A stretch of DNA of 64,000 nt from a virus: IMG/VR virus record IMGVR_UViG_3300045988_119743. The stretch is one strand, 5' to 3'. Shown piece by piece: positions 36,801 to 46,391 of the stretch (within the stretch, counting starts at the first letter, position 1; every line of letters begins with the position of its first letter). The position numbers and the translations under genes are program-made. The notes below the pieces were generated by a model. That model was given only the letters and a program-made list of their open reading frames with translations. It had not been told where the DNA came from and did no database searches.

Positions 36801-39800
36801 ACCGATCATTAAATGACAGGTGACCTCCCAACATAAGTGTCTTCAGCGCAGCTTCTCCTCCCGACTCGTTCTGAATCGTTCTCAATTTTTGCAAAAACGA
36901 TTCTGATACGGCATTAGTAACATTATTTGATTCCTTTCTCCAAACTTCATTTATAGCTTGTATTTCTTTGGCCATCTTAAGTTGGTCGCCGGTTTTTTCC
37001 ACTCTCCTGGTTCCTACATATATGTATTCTGAAGCTGCTTCTTTACGTTGTTTACGAAGCAGTCCTTCTTCTTCGTAATTGCTGCTTTTAAAATAGGCAA
37101 CTTCATCAAAATTACCACCGCTATCAATAAAAGGCTGCCTCAATATCCGTTTTTGCCGGGATAGGGCATTAAGGTATTCTTTAGTTGTTTGAGAAACCGG
37201 ATGCCCTAATTCTTCTTCAGCCTTTTTGTATATGGATTCCATTCTTGTGGCATAACTTTCGCTAAATTCCAGTTCCGAATTTTCAGCATCCCACTTTTCC
37301 ATCTGCTCTGTATAGATCTTTTCCTGCTCGATGGTAAAAATATCGGTATTAACTCTATCAGACGATGGTTTGAATTTAGCGTTTTCAGTAACCGTATTTC
37401 CATCCTTGTCAACTACTTCTCTTTTAAATACGTAATTACGGTTATTGTCAACCACATCACCAATTTCTTCTTCTGATATCTCTATGTTCATGGCAGTCGC
37501 AAACGCTCGCATCTGTGCCAGCTTCTTATTACGATCGTATTTAGCCATATCAAGAGCACTGCGAAGGTAATTAGAAGTTTTGCCATCTACTTTCTGAAGC
37601 AGTTTTTCAAATTCAGATTTGTTAAAACCATGCTTTTTAGCATATGCCAGGAAGTCGGATATGGCGGGCTGGGCATTCACCATCGCATTGTAATTGTCTT
37701 TGGCAATCATAGCTCCAAGAGCGTTATTGAACGGACTGGAAGAATGCTCTAATATACCAAACCACCTACTTATCCAAGAAACATCGTGTTGAACCTTGTC
37801 AAAAAATTCTTTTACTCTCTTTACCTTATCTGCCGGCACATGAAGTTCGTTCATTAACTTATCAAGCAACGTACTTTCATCAAGGTCTTGTACTGATTTA
37901 ATATCAGACTGAATACCATTGATGTCGGCAATGACGGTATTGATCCTATTTGTATAATCCTGCTTTTCACGTTCATCAAATTCGGTACTTCTGTTACGGA
38001 TATATCCTCGAAGATCGTTCATGATCGGAAGAACCTGATTGTTGATAATATCTACGTTCTTTCGATCATTGGTATTGAAGTGAAGCTTACCGTCTTTGGT
38101 ATCACCATGAAGGATGGTGTTCACCACATTACTTAAGTATCTGACCTGAGCTTCGGCTGTAGAGATCATGCTATTCATGGCAGCCGCCATCTCATTCTTG
38201 TCTATTTCGGTCTCTACCTTATTTATCTTATCTTCTATGGTCTTAAGCTGCGCAAGGGTCATAGACGTGGTTACAGCCCTATCAGAGCTTATCTGACGTA
38301 AGTCTCTTAATGTTTTTCTTAGCGATCTGATCTTAGACTCAAGAAACTTGTTCTTGTTCATAGAAGAAAGGGAGTATAATGTAAAGTCATTATCCTTTAA
38401 CAGAGAAGTGTCAAATCCTTTATCTATGTCGGTAATAGCAAGATCACGAATATTTTTAATAACGTTATTCAAATCCTGTCTTTGGGTTGATAAAGCTGAT
38501 TTAAGCCAGTTTACAATTCCAGAGAGAAGCTGCCGGACGCGCCCCAGGAAGGAGGTGGGCTCTACCGGCGCCTGTGCTGTGCCGGTCTGCATCTCCCTGG
38601 CGAGGATCTTTCCAAGAATTTCTCTCCTAACAGCATTATCAAGCTCAGCTCCTTCATATACCTTACCGTATGTATTATAATACTGACCTGCATACTGGTT
38701 CCACTCTTCCGTACCTTCTACATCTTGCAGAACAGCCTCAACAGCATTCTGATCTCTGTATGCCTCTACAAGGAAGTGGGCTGTTTCTTCTACTAAATCA
38801 GATAAAGTAGCATCTTCACCAACTGCTATTACGTTATTGGCAATATCCGCCAATGCCTTAGCAGAAGGTTCGTGCCCGTATTTGGTTTGATACTTCTCTA
38901 TATAGTCGGTCATACCTATGACACTAACTCCCAGCGTTTTCAGTATCTCGACAATAGAATTTCGTTGGTCACGTTCCTGCCTGCTATAATCTGATACGAT
39001 CTTAGCTTTAGTATCAGCATAAAGATCGTTGTCTTCTAATATGAATGAAACTACAAGCGCATCAAAATGATCGTACTTAGCATCCAATTCATTGTATCTT
39101 CCTGACTTAAGATCGTTCTTTATCTGCTCTTTGCTAACCCTTTCCGTTCCTCCGGTGGCGAGTCTCATAGTCACCTTACTATTATCCAACGAGCTTATGG
39201 TTATCATACCCTGGTCGTTCATGGAAACATCGGAACCAAAATGATTACGGAGCTCGGTGTAGGATAATGCCGAATTGAAAAGTCTAATTTGTCCTGTATG
39301 TCCTTCTCCTGCAAGATAATAGCTCCTTGTTTCAGGATCGAATATCTTGGATCCTGACAAAAGACCTTTCTTTATAAGGTAGTTAATTATACCACCTTTT
39401 GTTGATAAAGAAGTAGAAGCAGAAGCGGTCATGACCGGTATAAAAGATTTGGGATTATTAAGAACATACTTTCCAGCCTTGTAAGTAATGTCTGCCACGC
39501 CATCCACGGTAGATTCTTGAACGGTGCCTGATAAGAATCCTATTCTAATATCATTTCCGCCAGAGCGAAGAGCTTCTCCGTAATCTTCAAATAATTGACT
39601 ACGATCGTTCATGAAAAACAAACGAGGCTCTCCGGTCTGATACGTTACACCCACAGGATTAGAATCTGTCTGTGGTAACTCTTCTGGGCTAAATATCTTA
39701 AGACCGTCTTTTATAACCATATAATTAACACCCTTATCCTGTACCATAGATACGGGAGTAAAGTCCGAAGATATAGCATCTTGTAGATACTGCCCGGCGT

Positions 39801-40248
39801 CTATTCCAGGTCCTTCCGGTACGGAAATGCTTGACGTAACCATAGCATCCACCAACATAATATTATCACCCAGATTTTGGCTGTAGAATCCAAAGCCCGA
39901 TTCTTGGATTTCATAAGGTGCATCTGATTTTGACACAAGAACAGGGTTACTCATCTTAGAAGCCTTATCCAGCACCCTTTCTCTATAGGCTTCTGGGATA
40001 AGGTCGATGTTAGATTTTACCTTATTATAAGCCTGTTTATTAACAGGTACATTCCTTCTCCAGTCACCAAAAGCCTTTAAGAACTTATTAGAAAATACGG
40101 TTTTAAAAACAGTAGTAGCCCGTTCCCTATTCTCCATAAGAGGAATAGATGCTATTTTATCAAACAACATAGACCTGTCCCCTGATCTGGTAGAGACAGA
40201 AACAACTTTCTTTTTATTATCTCTTTTAATAATACACGTTGATGTCAT
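33826..40248 (-). CDS. giant virion-associated protein (2140 aa)
   Basis: Uninterrupted 6.4-kb ORF and last gene of the minus-strand module. Its size class matches crAss-like tail/cargo/virion-RNAP-type giant proteins. No catalytic motif was recognised. Confidence 0.8.
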   Translation of the reverse strand: MTSTCIIKRDNKKKVVSVSTRSGDRSMLFDKIASIPLMENRERATTVFKTVFSNKFLKAFGDWRRNVPVNKQAYNKVKSNIDLIPEAYRERVLDKASKMSNPVLVSKSDAPYEIQESGFGFYSQNLGDNIMLVDAMVTSSISVPEGPGIDAGQYLQDAISSDFTPVSMVQDKGVNYMVIKDGLKIFSPEELPQTDSNPVGVTYQTGEPRLFFMNDRSQLFEDYGEALRSGGNDIRIGFLSGTVQESTVDGVADITYKAGKYVLNNPKSFIPVMTASASTSLSTKGGIINYLIKKGLLSGSKIFDPETRSYYLAGEGHTGQIRLFNSALSYTELRNHFGSDVSMNDQGMITISSLDNSKVTMRLATGGTERVSKEQIKNDLKSGRYNELDAKYDHFDALVVSFILEDNDLYADTKAKIVSDYSRQERDQRNSIVEILKTLGVSVIGMTDYIEKYQTKYGHEPSAKALADIANNVIAVGEDATLSDLVEETAHFLVEAYRDQNAVEAVLQDVEGTEEWNQYAGQYYNTYGKVYEGAELDNAVRREILGKILAREMQTGTAQAPVEPTSFLGRVRQLLSGIVNWLKSALSTQRQDLNNVIKNIRDLAITDIDKGFDTSLLKDNDFTLYSLSSMNKNKFLESKIRSLRKTLRDLRQISSDRAVTTSMTLAQLKTIEDKINKVETEIDKNEMAAAMNSMISTAEAQVRYLSNVVNTILHGDTKDGKLHFNTNDRKNVDIINNQVLPIMNDLRGYIRNRSTEFDEREKQDYTNRINTVIADINGIQSDIKSVQDLDESTLLDKLMNELHVPADKVKRVKEFFDKVQHDVSWISRWFGILEHSSSPFNNALGAMIAKDNYNAMVNAQPAISDFLAYAKKHGFNKSEFEKLLQKVDGKTSNYLRSALDMAKYDRNKKLAQMRAFATAMNIEISEEEIGDVVDNNRNYVFKREVVDKDGNTVTENAKFKPSSDRVNTDIFTIEQEKIYTEQMEKWDAENSELEFSESYATRMESIYKKAEEELGHPVSQTTKEYLNALSRQKRILRQPFIDSGGNFDEVAYFKSSNYEEEGLLRKQRKEAASEYIYVGTRRVEKTGDQLKMAKEIQAINEVWRKESNNVTNAVSESFLQKLRTIQNESGGEAALKTLMLGGHLSFNDRFWNDVESEQSARTESNNKASYLKMAHDIISSTTSDRDATDVDSIVKDIEKNKAIIKEIIGNNRDVADIGEINEATFTSSERDAFRAASEAIEADYAILIDYAKMVGLEDIDKYLTKSSKAENEVNQSYLNALADSKEVEWKFVQRHTTAKKAKRIQALRDKLFKAADNRYLFTVSETNYLSEKLGISKELDGRDFRNAVNAKMASLFLNNTREEGIEEANAIVNEFARSQVFSYYKRMAPTGYAAMIDKIGRGEIDVAQMVKDVQNGTSTQDYGMDISYLSFDPARAWVAESEAENSGRNPDYVKDHGYGHRMPKKSLYRDESYFNDFGIKYDADGNEVATKNVEQWNMIQKLKEIKRQSLDLYKEQSPNLYAIPQISKQDIERMEGLGINFKNTVRNFVSDLCLDRVDDSLYGKTRQGEVYDPEDRLRSIPKYYIYELENQDDVSHDFGYSYSMLMMQSSLYNEKQKSIELAQGLEQMLLNKQFEGGKKAEATQAYQMFRDFFNDHYYGIRMNTKKLTVNIGGYTVDLTRIMMAVERFMSVMNLALSPFVAATGALTGHINLIMESAVGQYISKDSLKYASAEFSRLAPSCIAETGDIDRKSKLYVIGERMGIFNIRNRMYGAGYNRVARTLMRSPMYAFMEILNYPLDPQVMIATMDNVRYYKGRFYTFQDFKMEKERGKEQSTIKREWNALKDRTLWSMVDVVDGKVVVKPGSGVTVEEVETQMAITRNQVRSLSQICNGSLNEENRTAASRNWIARFMTAHRGWLVLAAQRLWKSRGFNFQTMQEEEGLSITLKNMIAKTFSLASESGMKNIIDAWNENKDNMSEVEKTNLKRLSVYAGTFLIMQAVSMLLAGWRDDDENEESWLTQFGSYVGFRTINEIASQMPFIMELNVVDIINDPFVMGRKLKDLTDLRNYSLDKVTSGTYEGESKLFRQLAKQTFIKQWYNIKTPEDVARAYNWWQQTNNKSMMFFIGATPDSEGDDDVSYK

Positions 40249-40308
40249 AGTAAAACATTTTTGTTATGAGACAAAGGTAGTTAAAAATCAAGCATATCAT
40301 AGAAAATA

Positions 40309-40338
40309 AAGCCATCTAACTTCTCAGTCTGATGGCTT
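40309..40338 (-). terminator. hairpin AAGCCATC...GATGGCTT upstream of the giant gene, followed by a T-rich tract on the minus strand
   Basis: 8-bp stem with a 14-nt loop between the 130-aa gene and the giant gene start. Confidence 0.35.
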
Positions 40339-40390
40339 AAAAATAATATGAAAAAAAATTATAATCTGACGAAAAATCGTCAAGTTCAGC

Positions 40391-40783
40391 TTATATGCAA
40401 TGCATGTACCCATCTCGGTGTATAAACCTTCCCGATTCAAAGCGCTCAATATCTTCAGGGCAAATAGGGCCCGAATCCTCTCTCCTGGCTTCAAACCAAA
40501 GCCCCGGCTTACGAAGTCGGCAAGTTATGATATAATTGAAGCAATTGTGCGTAAAATGGAAAACAGATCCTACAGGGAAATACCTATCAGCTTGAAATAC
40601 GATTCTTTTTCGTTTAGTATCAAACGTGATATCTCCTACTATCTTAGCCACGTAATAGCTTCTGCCATTTAACGTTTCATCTGTTTGTGGTATCCAATAA
40701 TAACCTCTTGCCATGCCACAAATATATAAAAAAAGTCGGACAAGACACATGTCCGACTTTATATTACTTTGATTCATTTTCAA
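40391..40783 (-). CDS. hypothetical protein
   Basis: 130-aa ORF; the start is uncertain (possibly MARGYYW). Confidence 0.35.
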   Translation of the reverse strand: MKMNQSNIKSDMCLVRLFLYICGMARGYYWIPQTDETLNGRSYYVAKIVGDITFDTKRKRIVFQADRYFPVGSVFHFTHNCFNYIITCRLRKPGLWFEARREDSGPICPEDIERFESGRFIHRDGYMHCI

Positions 40784-40923
40784 ACCGCTTTATAAGAGAA
40801 GCAATATCATCACCACAAACAAACATCATTCGACGTTCTTCTTTTGGTTTATGAGACACTGGGATGGTTTTGTTTATCTTAATCTGATTCGCCAGACCTC
40901 TGCCTAAACGAATATCAACTTTT

Positions 40924-41241
40924 TTACCTTTCATGAATTATTTGTTTAAACAGACCAATTCCATCTATTATAATATGACCGCTTTGCATACGACCATTAT
41001 TAGGATTATGTAGAAAATTGAAACCACTTTCTTTTTCCTGTCTTTCAAAAGAACTGATATCCTTTCCTCTACGGGCTCTTTCAAAAGCTTTCTTGAACAA
41101 CTTGCCTCTAAAGGTCTTGACGAGGATCTTGGTAGCGTTATTGCCGGCTTTTACCATTGCTTTCCTTGCCTGGTCCTCCGAGACAAAACTGCTTCGGAAA
41201 ATATACGATGCTGCTGCTTGTATGTCCTGCTTGGTAATCAT
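40924..41241 (-). CDS. hypothetical basic protein
   Basis: 105-aa ORF. Confidence 0.4.
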   Translation of the reverse strand: MITKQDIQAAASYIFRSSFVSEDQARKAMVKAGNNATKILVKTFRGKLFKKAFERARRGKDISSFERQEKESGFNFLHNPNNGRMQSGHIIIDGIGLFKQIIHER

Positions 41242-41588
41242 ATGATAAACATTTCTTTCAGAATACTGATCTTTATTCCGTATATCAATTTCATCTCATC
41301 TCTATCATATACGTCAAAAAAGGATTCACTGGGGTCCTTTGGATTTACGTTCAATTGAATTATGCAATTACCGGTATAAACCTTAATTCCGTAATTATCA
41401 GAGTATATATCCTGCATAGTCTCAAATGTCTCAATTAAATTTTCAACAAGTACTCTGTTAAATGAAAAAGATTCTTTACCATCACCTTTAAATGTGATAT
41501 GATCTAAATCCCTGTTGTCAAATTCATACTTTAATTGATTGCCGTCCATCATATCATAAGATATTGACTTTCTGATTATAAATCCCAT
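41238..41588 (-). CDS. hypothetical protein
   Basis: 116-aa ORF; ATGA overlap with the upstream gene. Confidence 0.4.
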   Translation of the reverse strand: MGFIIRKSISYDMMDGNQLKYEFDNRDLDHITFKGDGKESFSFNRVLVENLIETFETMQDIYSDNYGIKVYTGNCIIQLNVNPKDPSESFFDVYDRDEMKLIYGIKISILKEMFII

Positions 41589-41605
41589 ATTGTTTTATTT
41601 TTTAG

Positions 41606-41911
41606 TTAATACAAATCTTCTGAATACAACTGTTCTCTAATGGCACTCCTATCTACTACCATTTCCTGATTATTGTTTCTAACAAGTTCAGACGCTTCCT
41701 CTCTTGTTAAAAATCGGTTCTTGCTTGTCAAAAATCCTTGAACACTGCGGTTTTTATGGGCTATACCGTATGCCGCAAGTTGAGATAGTATAGAGGGGTG
41801 TCTCAATCCACAGAACACGGTGCCGGATGGTATATTGGTGGGCTGATAGGGACGCTTCTTGCCGTCCTGCACCCAGATGGCAGCGCATATCACGATTTCT
41901 TTATTGCACAT
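41606..41911 (-). CDS. hypothetical protein
   Basis: 101-aa ORF. Confidence 0.4.
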   Translation of the reverse strand: MCNKEIVICAAIWVQDGKKRPYQPTNIPSGTVFCGLRHPSILSQLAAYGIAHKNRSVQGFLTSKNRFLTREEASELVRNNNQEMVVDRSAIREQLYSEDLY

Positions 41912-41913
41912 GA

Positions 41914-42189
41914 CTATAAATTTAATATTCCGTTTTTACCAATATGTTTCTTTTCTTCTTCAGTAGGCCATTCTTTCTTGAACTTACCATGCCACGTTCC
42001 AGGAACTACCACCACTTCGCCTCCCTTACTATATTCAATAGCGGCACATTCAGAACAAAGAGGCTTGCCTTCATATCCCTTTAGCGACTTATCGTAAATA
42101 CGATTCTTACAAGGTCTTATAAGAGCCCAGTAATATGATGTGGCTGTATTATCTATACAGCCACATTTTGAACATACAAACAAGCTCAT
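41914..42189 (-). CDS. zinc-ribbon protein
   Basis: CSKCGC...CSEC; 91 aa. Confidence 0.45.
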   Translation of the reverse strand: MSLFVCSKCGCIDNTATSYYWALIRPCKNRIYDKSLKGYEGKPLCSECAAIEYSKGGEVVVVPGTWHGKFKKEWPTEEEKKHIGKNGILNL

Positions 42190-43016
42190 TCCGCAATCTC
42201 CCAGTCATTAGACATAATATCATGTTCGGTTGGATTCCAATTTGATGCTACTTTTTGACCTGTATCTATCATCAATATATTTACGTCAAACATACAGATA
42301 TACTTTTTACCCCAATCGATTCTTTTTATCTTACGACCTAATTTAAGCCGTTCTAAAGCCTGTTCGAATGTCATGTCACGACGAGGCAGTTTGAGATACT
42401 TTTTAAGTCTGTCGGCGGCTTCATCTGGTGTATGTCCATCGTATTCGAAAGCGGTTTCTCTTTCAGGAACATCAAACAAATCCCAGTATTTGCTTTCATA
42501 GTGATTAGATACCTGACCGGTAGGTAGAATCGCCATCACAATAAACCAATCATCAGAACCGAAGCATTTTTCTCCGTCGCTGTGTCTCCTTGATTTGCAA
42601 ACTTCAACCTGTCCGTTTCTGGCTAATAGATTAAAGAAGGCAGCGTTATACAACATGCAGTACCGATACAATTCATTGAAAGTATGGTATCCATCAGAGA
42701 CTTCTCCCACGTCTACAGGCTTCTTGTTTTGAATACTACCCAAAATCTTCTCTACATAGAGCTGTATTTTATACAGACCCATTTCGGTGTGGCCGTATTT
42801 GTTCAAGATCTTATTGACATCGTATTGTATATTAAAATCTTTTTCAAATTCTACTTCAGGATGATTAGGATAGCAGTAGTCCACTGATGCTTCTAACACA
42901 GACTTTATGTGTTCTATTATCCTCGCAACATCATCATGTTTAAAAAAATGCTTAAATCTTTCAACGAATTTAATATCTTCGTTGATTGCTGATTCGAACT
43001 CTTCTTTTGTCATCAC
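42186..43016 (-). CDS. hypothetical protein
   Basis: 276-aa ORF. Confidence 0.5.
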   Translation of the reverse strand: MMTKEEFESAINEDIKFVERFKHFFKHDDVARIIEHIKSVLEASVDYCYPNHPEVEFEKDFNIQYDVNKILNKYGHTEMGLYKIQLYVEKILGSIQNKKPVDVGEVSDGYHTFNELYRYCMLYNAAFFNLLARNGQVEVCKSRRHSDGEKCFGSDDWFIVMAILPTGQVSNHYESKYWDLFDVPERETAFEYDGHTPDEAADRLKKYLKLPRRDMTFEQALERLKLGRKIKRIDWGKKYICMFDVNILMIDTGQKVASNWNPTEHDIMSNDWEIAE

Positions 43017-43076
43017 TCTAATTACATCTTTTTTTTAAATCGTCTAATCCCATGATTTATTTTAAATTAGTTGTTA

Positions 43077-43709
43077 TTATACTTTTTTTATCCTACAATA
43101 CAAATCCAATAAGAACTCAGCAGAAAAACCATCCCATGCATTATTCTGCCAAATATCTACTTTGTTAATAAACCAAGACCATGTGGGACCATCATATGAA
43201 GAATCAGATGATGATCCCAATCCGATTTTCTCCATTTCATTCGCCACATCAGAATAAGGATCTAAATCGACTCCCCTAATCATGTTAATGATATCACCCT
43301 TGTCTAATGTAAATTGAAACCGCTCCTTGTTAGTAAGCGAATCTTGATTCAATTTACCAGTCGCAAGCCATTCTCCATCATGATACAATTCGGCAAGTTT
43401 CTTTACCTTATTTTTAAGAAAAGAATACTCTTGTGTGACTTCTATAAAATCAGCTTCGTTAGCTTCACCCTCTATGAAGATAACGGTTTTGCTTCCAGGT
43501 CTATGATCGTCTAAGCTTGCCGGGATTCCCAATATCGTCCATCCTTTAAACTCAGCTATCTTAAAACGCATGACATCAAACACCTTATAGAAATCATCAC
43601 AATCTACAGATTCTATTACCTTAATATCCTCTTCTGTGAATTTACCTCGTATTGGAATAACGTGATGACCGGGGCAGCCATCGGTTCCGAAATATGCGAT
43701 TCTAACCAC
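43077..43709 (-). CDS. hypothetical protein
   Basis: 210-aa ORF. Confidence 0.5.
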   Translation of the reverse strand: MVRIAYFGTDGCPGHHVIPIRGKFTEEDIKVIESVDCDDFYKVFDVMRFKIAEFKGWTILGIPASLDDHRPGSKTVIFIEGEANEADFIEVTQEYSFLKNKVKKLAELYHDGEWLATGKLNQDSLTNKERFQFTLDKGDIINMIRGVDLDPYSDVANEMEKIGLGSSSDSSYDGPTWSWFINKVDIWQNNAWDGFSAEFLLDLYCRIKKV

Positions 43710-43729
43710 GATATTTACAATATTTTAAT

Positions 43730-43945
43730 TTATTTTGCTAAAACATTCATATAACATGGCACATCTACCACATCTCTTCTACGAAGTCCCTTATCAAAAT
43801 AGGAAACCATATAAGTATTTTTACCTTCGTGATCAGGTCTGGGATCAAAACATTCAAAAACGAATCTTGTTATACCTTCCAAATGACCAAGCATGAAAAC
43901 AAATTCGCCACTGTATCTTTTATTAGCCAATTCTTCTACAGTCAT
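43730..43945 (-). CDS. hypothetical small protein
   Basis: 71-aa ORF. Confidence 0.35.
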   Translation of the reverse strand: MTVEELANKRYSGEFVFMLGHLEGITRFVFECFDPRPDHEGKNTYMVSYFDKGLRRRDVVDVPCYMNVLAK

Positions 43946-44169
43946 AATCTGTCCCCTCCTAATCCTGAATTGATGCTAACGTACTTAACACGGACATCAT
44001 TTCCACGTCCAAGCTGACCCCAGCCGGGCGATGGCGTTCCCTTGGCCGGAGCAGGGACAGCCCTAAGCCGAGACCAGTCCTGCTTTTGCCTCATGGCTTC
44101 AGCCTCTTTGTAATACCGGTTACACAGTTCTTGATCTTCGTAACCAACGTAATCTTCCTTATTTTCCAT
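43942..44169 (-). CDS. hypothetical small protein
   Basis: 75-aa ORF; contains GC-rich island I. Confidence 0.35.
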   Translation of the reverse strand: MENKEDYVGYEDQELCNRYYKEAEAMRQKQDWSRLRAVPAPAKGTPSPGWGQLGRGNDVRVKYVSINSGLGGDRL

Positions 44170-44249
44170 ATAGAATACTTTTTCAACAAAAGTACGACAT
44201 TCATGAATTAATTAGATTTAAAATAAAACAATATGAATTAAAATAAAAA

Positions 44250-44274
44250 CCCGATACGTTAAAATCGCATCGGG
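44250..44274 (-). terminator. intrinsic terminator-like hairpin (CCCGATACG ttaaaat CGCATCGGG) followed on the minus strand by a T-rich tract
   Basis: 9-bp stem with 1 mismatch; the minus-strand downstream sequence is TTTTTATTTTAATTCATATTGTTTTATTT. Confidence 0.4.
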
Positions 44275-44560
44275 CCTGGTATTGAAAAAAAATAGGTTCA
44301 GATCTTGGGTAAAGATTCGAGCCAATTTTTAACATCTTTATATTTAGGGTCTTTGTCTATTCTATCTTTCAGTTCATGCAATGCTGAGTCCATAACCGTA
44401 TTCGGTACGCCAATCAACTCTCCTATTAAATACAATGGGGTTTTATTCGATTTAGATTCGTGTGCTATATTCATGTCAAAAAAAAGTTATGTGAAACAAA
44501 CCGGCCACGGGTATTCTATTGCCCGCCGACCGGTATAATATTTTTATTCCTTTTTTTCCA

Positions 44561-44586
44561 AACGGGAAAAACGGGAATGCGGGAAT
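44561..44586. promoter_or_regulatory. three tandem (A)ACGGGAA-like motifs (aacgggaa aaacgggaa tgcgggaat) in a 470-nt intergenic hub
   Basis: A short direct-repeat array in a non-coding gap of the minus-strand module; an inverted repeat GGATCTG/CAGATCC lies nearby at 44627-44650. Confidence 0.3.
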
Positions 44587-44637
44587 CATATTTTTTACTA
44601 TGGCTCCCGCACCACCGGAAGGACCTGGATCTGGATC

Positions 44638-44931
44638 TCAGGTCAGATCCTTCCAGTTTATTTTTTCGCCGAGGTAATCTTGCACGGCAAGCCATCTTAT
44701 AAAGGCTACTCCTTCGGGAGCATCCGGATCATCCAAATACATTAACGTAGCTTTCACCAACTCGTTCTCACATTTGAAGACCTTCGGAAAACCATCCGAA
44801 TAGTACATTGCAAAGACATATTGGACATCGCCCCATGTCGCTTTATCCGGCTTCTTCGCTCCGCACTTTTCAAAAATATCTTTTATTTCCGGCTGCTTCC
44901 AGATCCTCTTGGATCCATCGACGTTGACCAT
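44638..44931 (-). CDS. hypothetical protein
   Basis: 97-aa ORF. Confidence 0.4.
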   Translation of the reverse strand: MVNVDGSKRIWKQPEIKDIFEKCGAKKPDKATWGDVQYVFAMYYSDGFPKVFKCENELVKATLMYLDDPDAPEGVAFIRWLAVQDYLGEKINWKDLT

Positions 44932-45024
44932 CTTCTTTACCGCCTCATCAGCGAGAGCATTAGAAAAATGGTAGCCGTAAGTATCTACATATTTCTGATA
45001 AGCTGGATCCTCTGCGTCTGCTCC

Positions 45025-45402
45025 TCAATAAGAACGACCTCTGCCACGTCCGCGACCTCTACGCATCTGAGGTCCGTCACCGTAGTATCTGTCGTCTCCA
45101 TAGTAATCGGTCGGGTAGGATTCGTAACCCATCCTCCGGTATTCCCGGTCCTCCATTTCATGACGACGTTCGCGCTCTTCGAGCCTTCTTTCCCTTTCTT
45201 CCAGCTCGTTTTCGCGTTCTTCCATTTCCTTCATCTTCTCATGCATACCGTAATGATCATAAGGAGGAAGGAACCCATGTCCGTACTCCATGTACGTCCC
45301 ATCAGAACGACGGCTTCTGCCTCTGCCTCCACCTCGTCTGTCTTCTATCTCGTCATATCCAGGATATTCTCTGTGTCCTGAATTTAAATCATATACTATC
45401 AT
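45025..45402 (-). CDS. RG/RGG- and RE-repeat low-complexity protein
   Basis: RRGGGRGRSRRSDG ... EERENELEERERRLEERERRHEMEDREYRR ... RRGRGRGRGRSY. The orientation matches the surrounding minus-strand genes. Confidence 0.45.
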   Translation of the reverse strand: MIVYDLNSGHREYPGYDEIEDRRGGGRGRSRRSDGTYMEYGHGFLPPYDHYGMHEKMKEMEERENELEERERRLEERERRHEMEDREYRRMGYESYPTDYYGDDRYYGDGPQMRRGRGRGRGRSY

Positions 45403-45409
45403 ATTATAC

Positions 45410-45904
45410 TTATTTCAAACGTTCTACAATTAACTTCTTTAAATCTTCGAATGAATCAGTAAGGTCATTCACCTTATTTTCTATACCAGCTATTTTACGA
45501 TCCTGCTCTCTCGTTTGCTTGAATGCCGGATTGATATCTTCTAATATAGATTCACAAGCCTCTATCTTGGCACGATGGGCATCTACGCTGTCTATTATTT
45601 CCTGACTGGTGCTTTTTATGGCATTCAGCTCGTTCATAATCGGATCTATGCTGGTAGATAATGTTATGCCCATAGCCTTAGCCACATTCTGGGATTCCGG
45701 GACCGTATAGGTCTTGGTTTCGCCAGTGAGCTCTACCGTCAGATCCACCACGCGGGTCTGCATCGCCTGATACTGACCTGGCTGAGGAGGAAGATACCTG
45801 GGTTCGGATACGGCTACTACCTTTCCCAATTCGTATTTAGGTACTGTATTAGTATCAAGGGTATGTACCTGAAACCCTTTCTTCAAATCTGAAAACATGA
45901 TCAA
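45410..45904 (-). CDS. hypothetical protein
   Basis: 164-aa ORF. Confidence 0.45.
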   Translation of the reverse strand: MIMFSDLKKGFQVHTLDTNTVPKYELGKVVAVSEPRYLPPQPGQYQAMQTRVVDLTVELTGETKTYTVPESQNVAKAMGITLSTSIDPIMNELNAIKSTSQEIIDSVDAHRAKIEACESILEDINPAFKQTREQDRKIAGIENKVNDLTDSFEDLKKLIVERLK

Positions 45905-45954
45905 AATATTAGTTAGGTGAAAATAGGGTGATGATCTTCATCACCCTACTGAAA

Positions 45955-46368
45955 TCATTTACCTGCTTTAACTTCAGACGCCTGGGCTGTTGTTGTCGGA
46001 ACACAACAATCCATTAATCTTAACACGCCACGAACTTTATTGAAGTACAGAAGGCGTTCTGTGCCATTTACCATAGCAGCACCCGTGACAGCTACGTTAA
46101 TAGGGTTCACGACATTCACTCCCGTAACCGGGCAACAGGTGTCGGCTCCTACTGTTGAAACTGTACTGTTTGCCGGGACCGCAATCTGTACCGGTAGAGC
46201 ACTTCCGGCTGTGGGGACTACTTGCCTTATCTTAAGAAGGATAAGACCCTCACACGGAAGGGCAATCCAAGCCCGTGGGTTAATACCGAAGACTGTATTT
46301 GTCGTACTGACAATAACATTCTTCGTAACCATCTCATACAACGATCCTATTTTAGAAACACAAGCCAT
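45955..46368 (-). CDS. hypothetical protein
   Basis: 137-aa ORF. Confidence 0.4.
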   Translation of the reverse strand: MACVSKIGSLYEMVTKNVIVSTTNTVFGINPRAWIALPCEGLILLKIRQVVPTAGSALPVQIAVPANSTVSTVGADTCCPVTGVNVVNPINVAVTGAAMVNGTERLLYFNKVRGVLRLMDCCVPTTTAQASEVKAGK

Positions 46369-46391
46369 ATTAGCCTCCTTTCTTAATAAAA

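Noticed and set aside
44821-45381. 186-aa plus-strand ORF opposite the RG-rich gene
   Set aside because: It is the mirror image of the minus-strand low-complexity gene. Its orientation conflicts with the surrounding minus-strand operon, and its translation is hydrophobic repeat junk.
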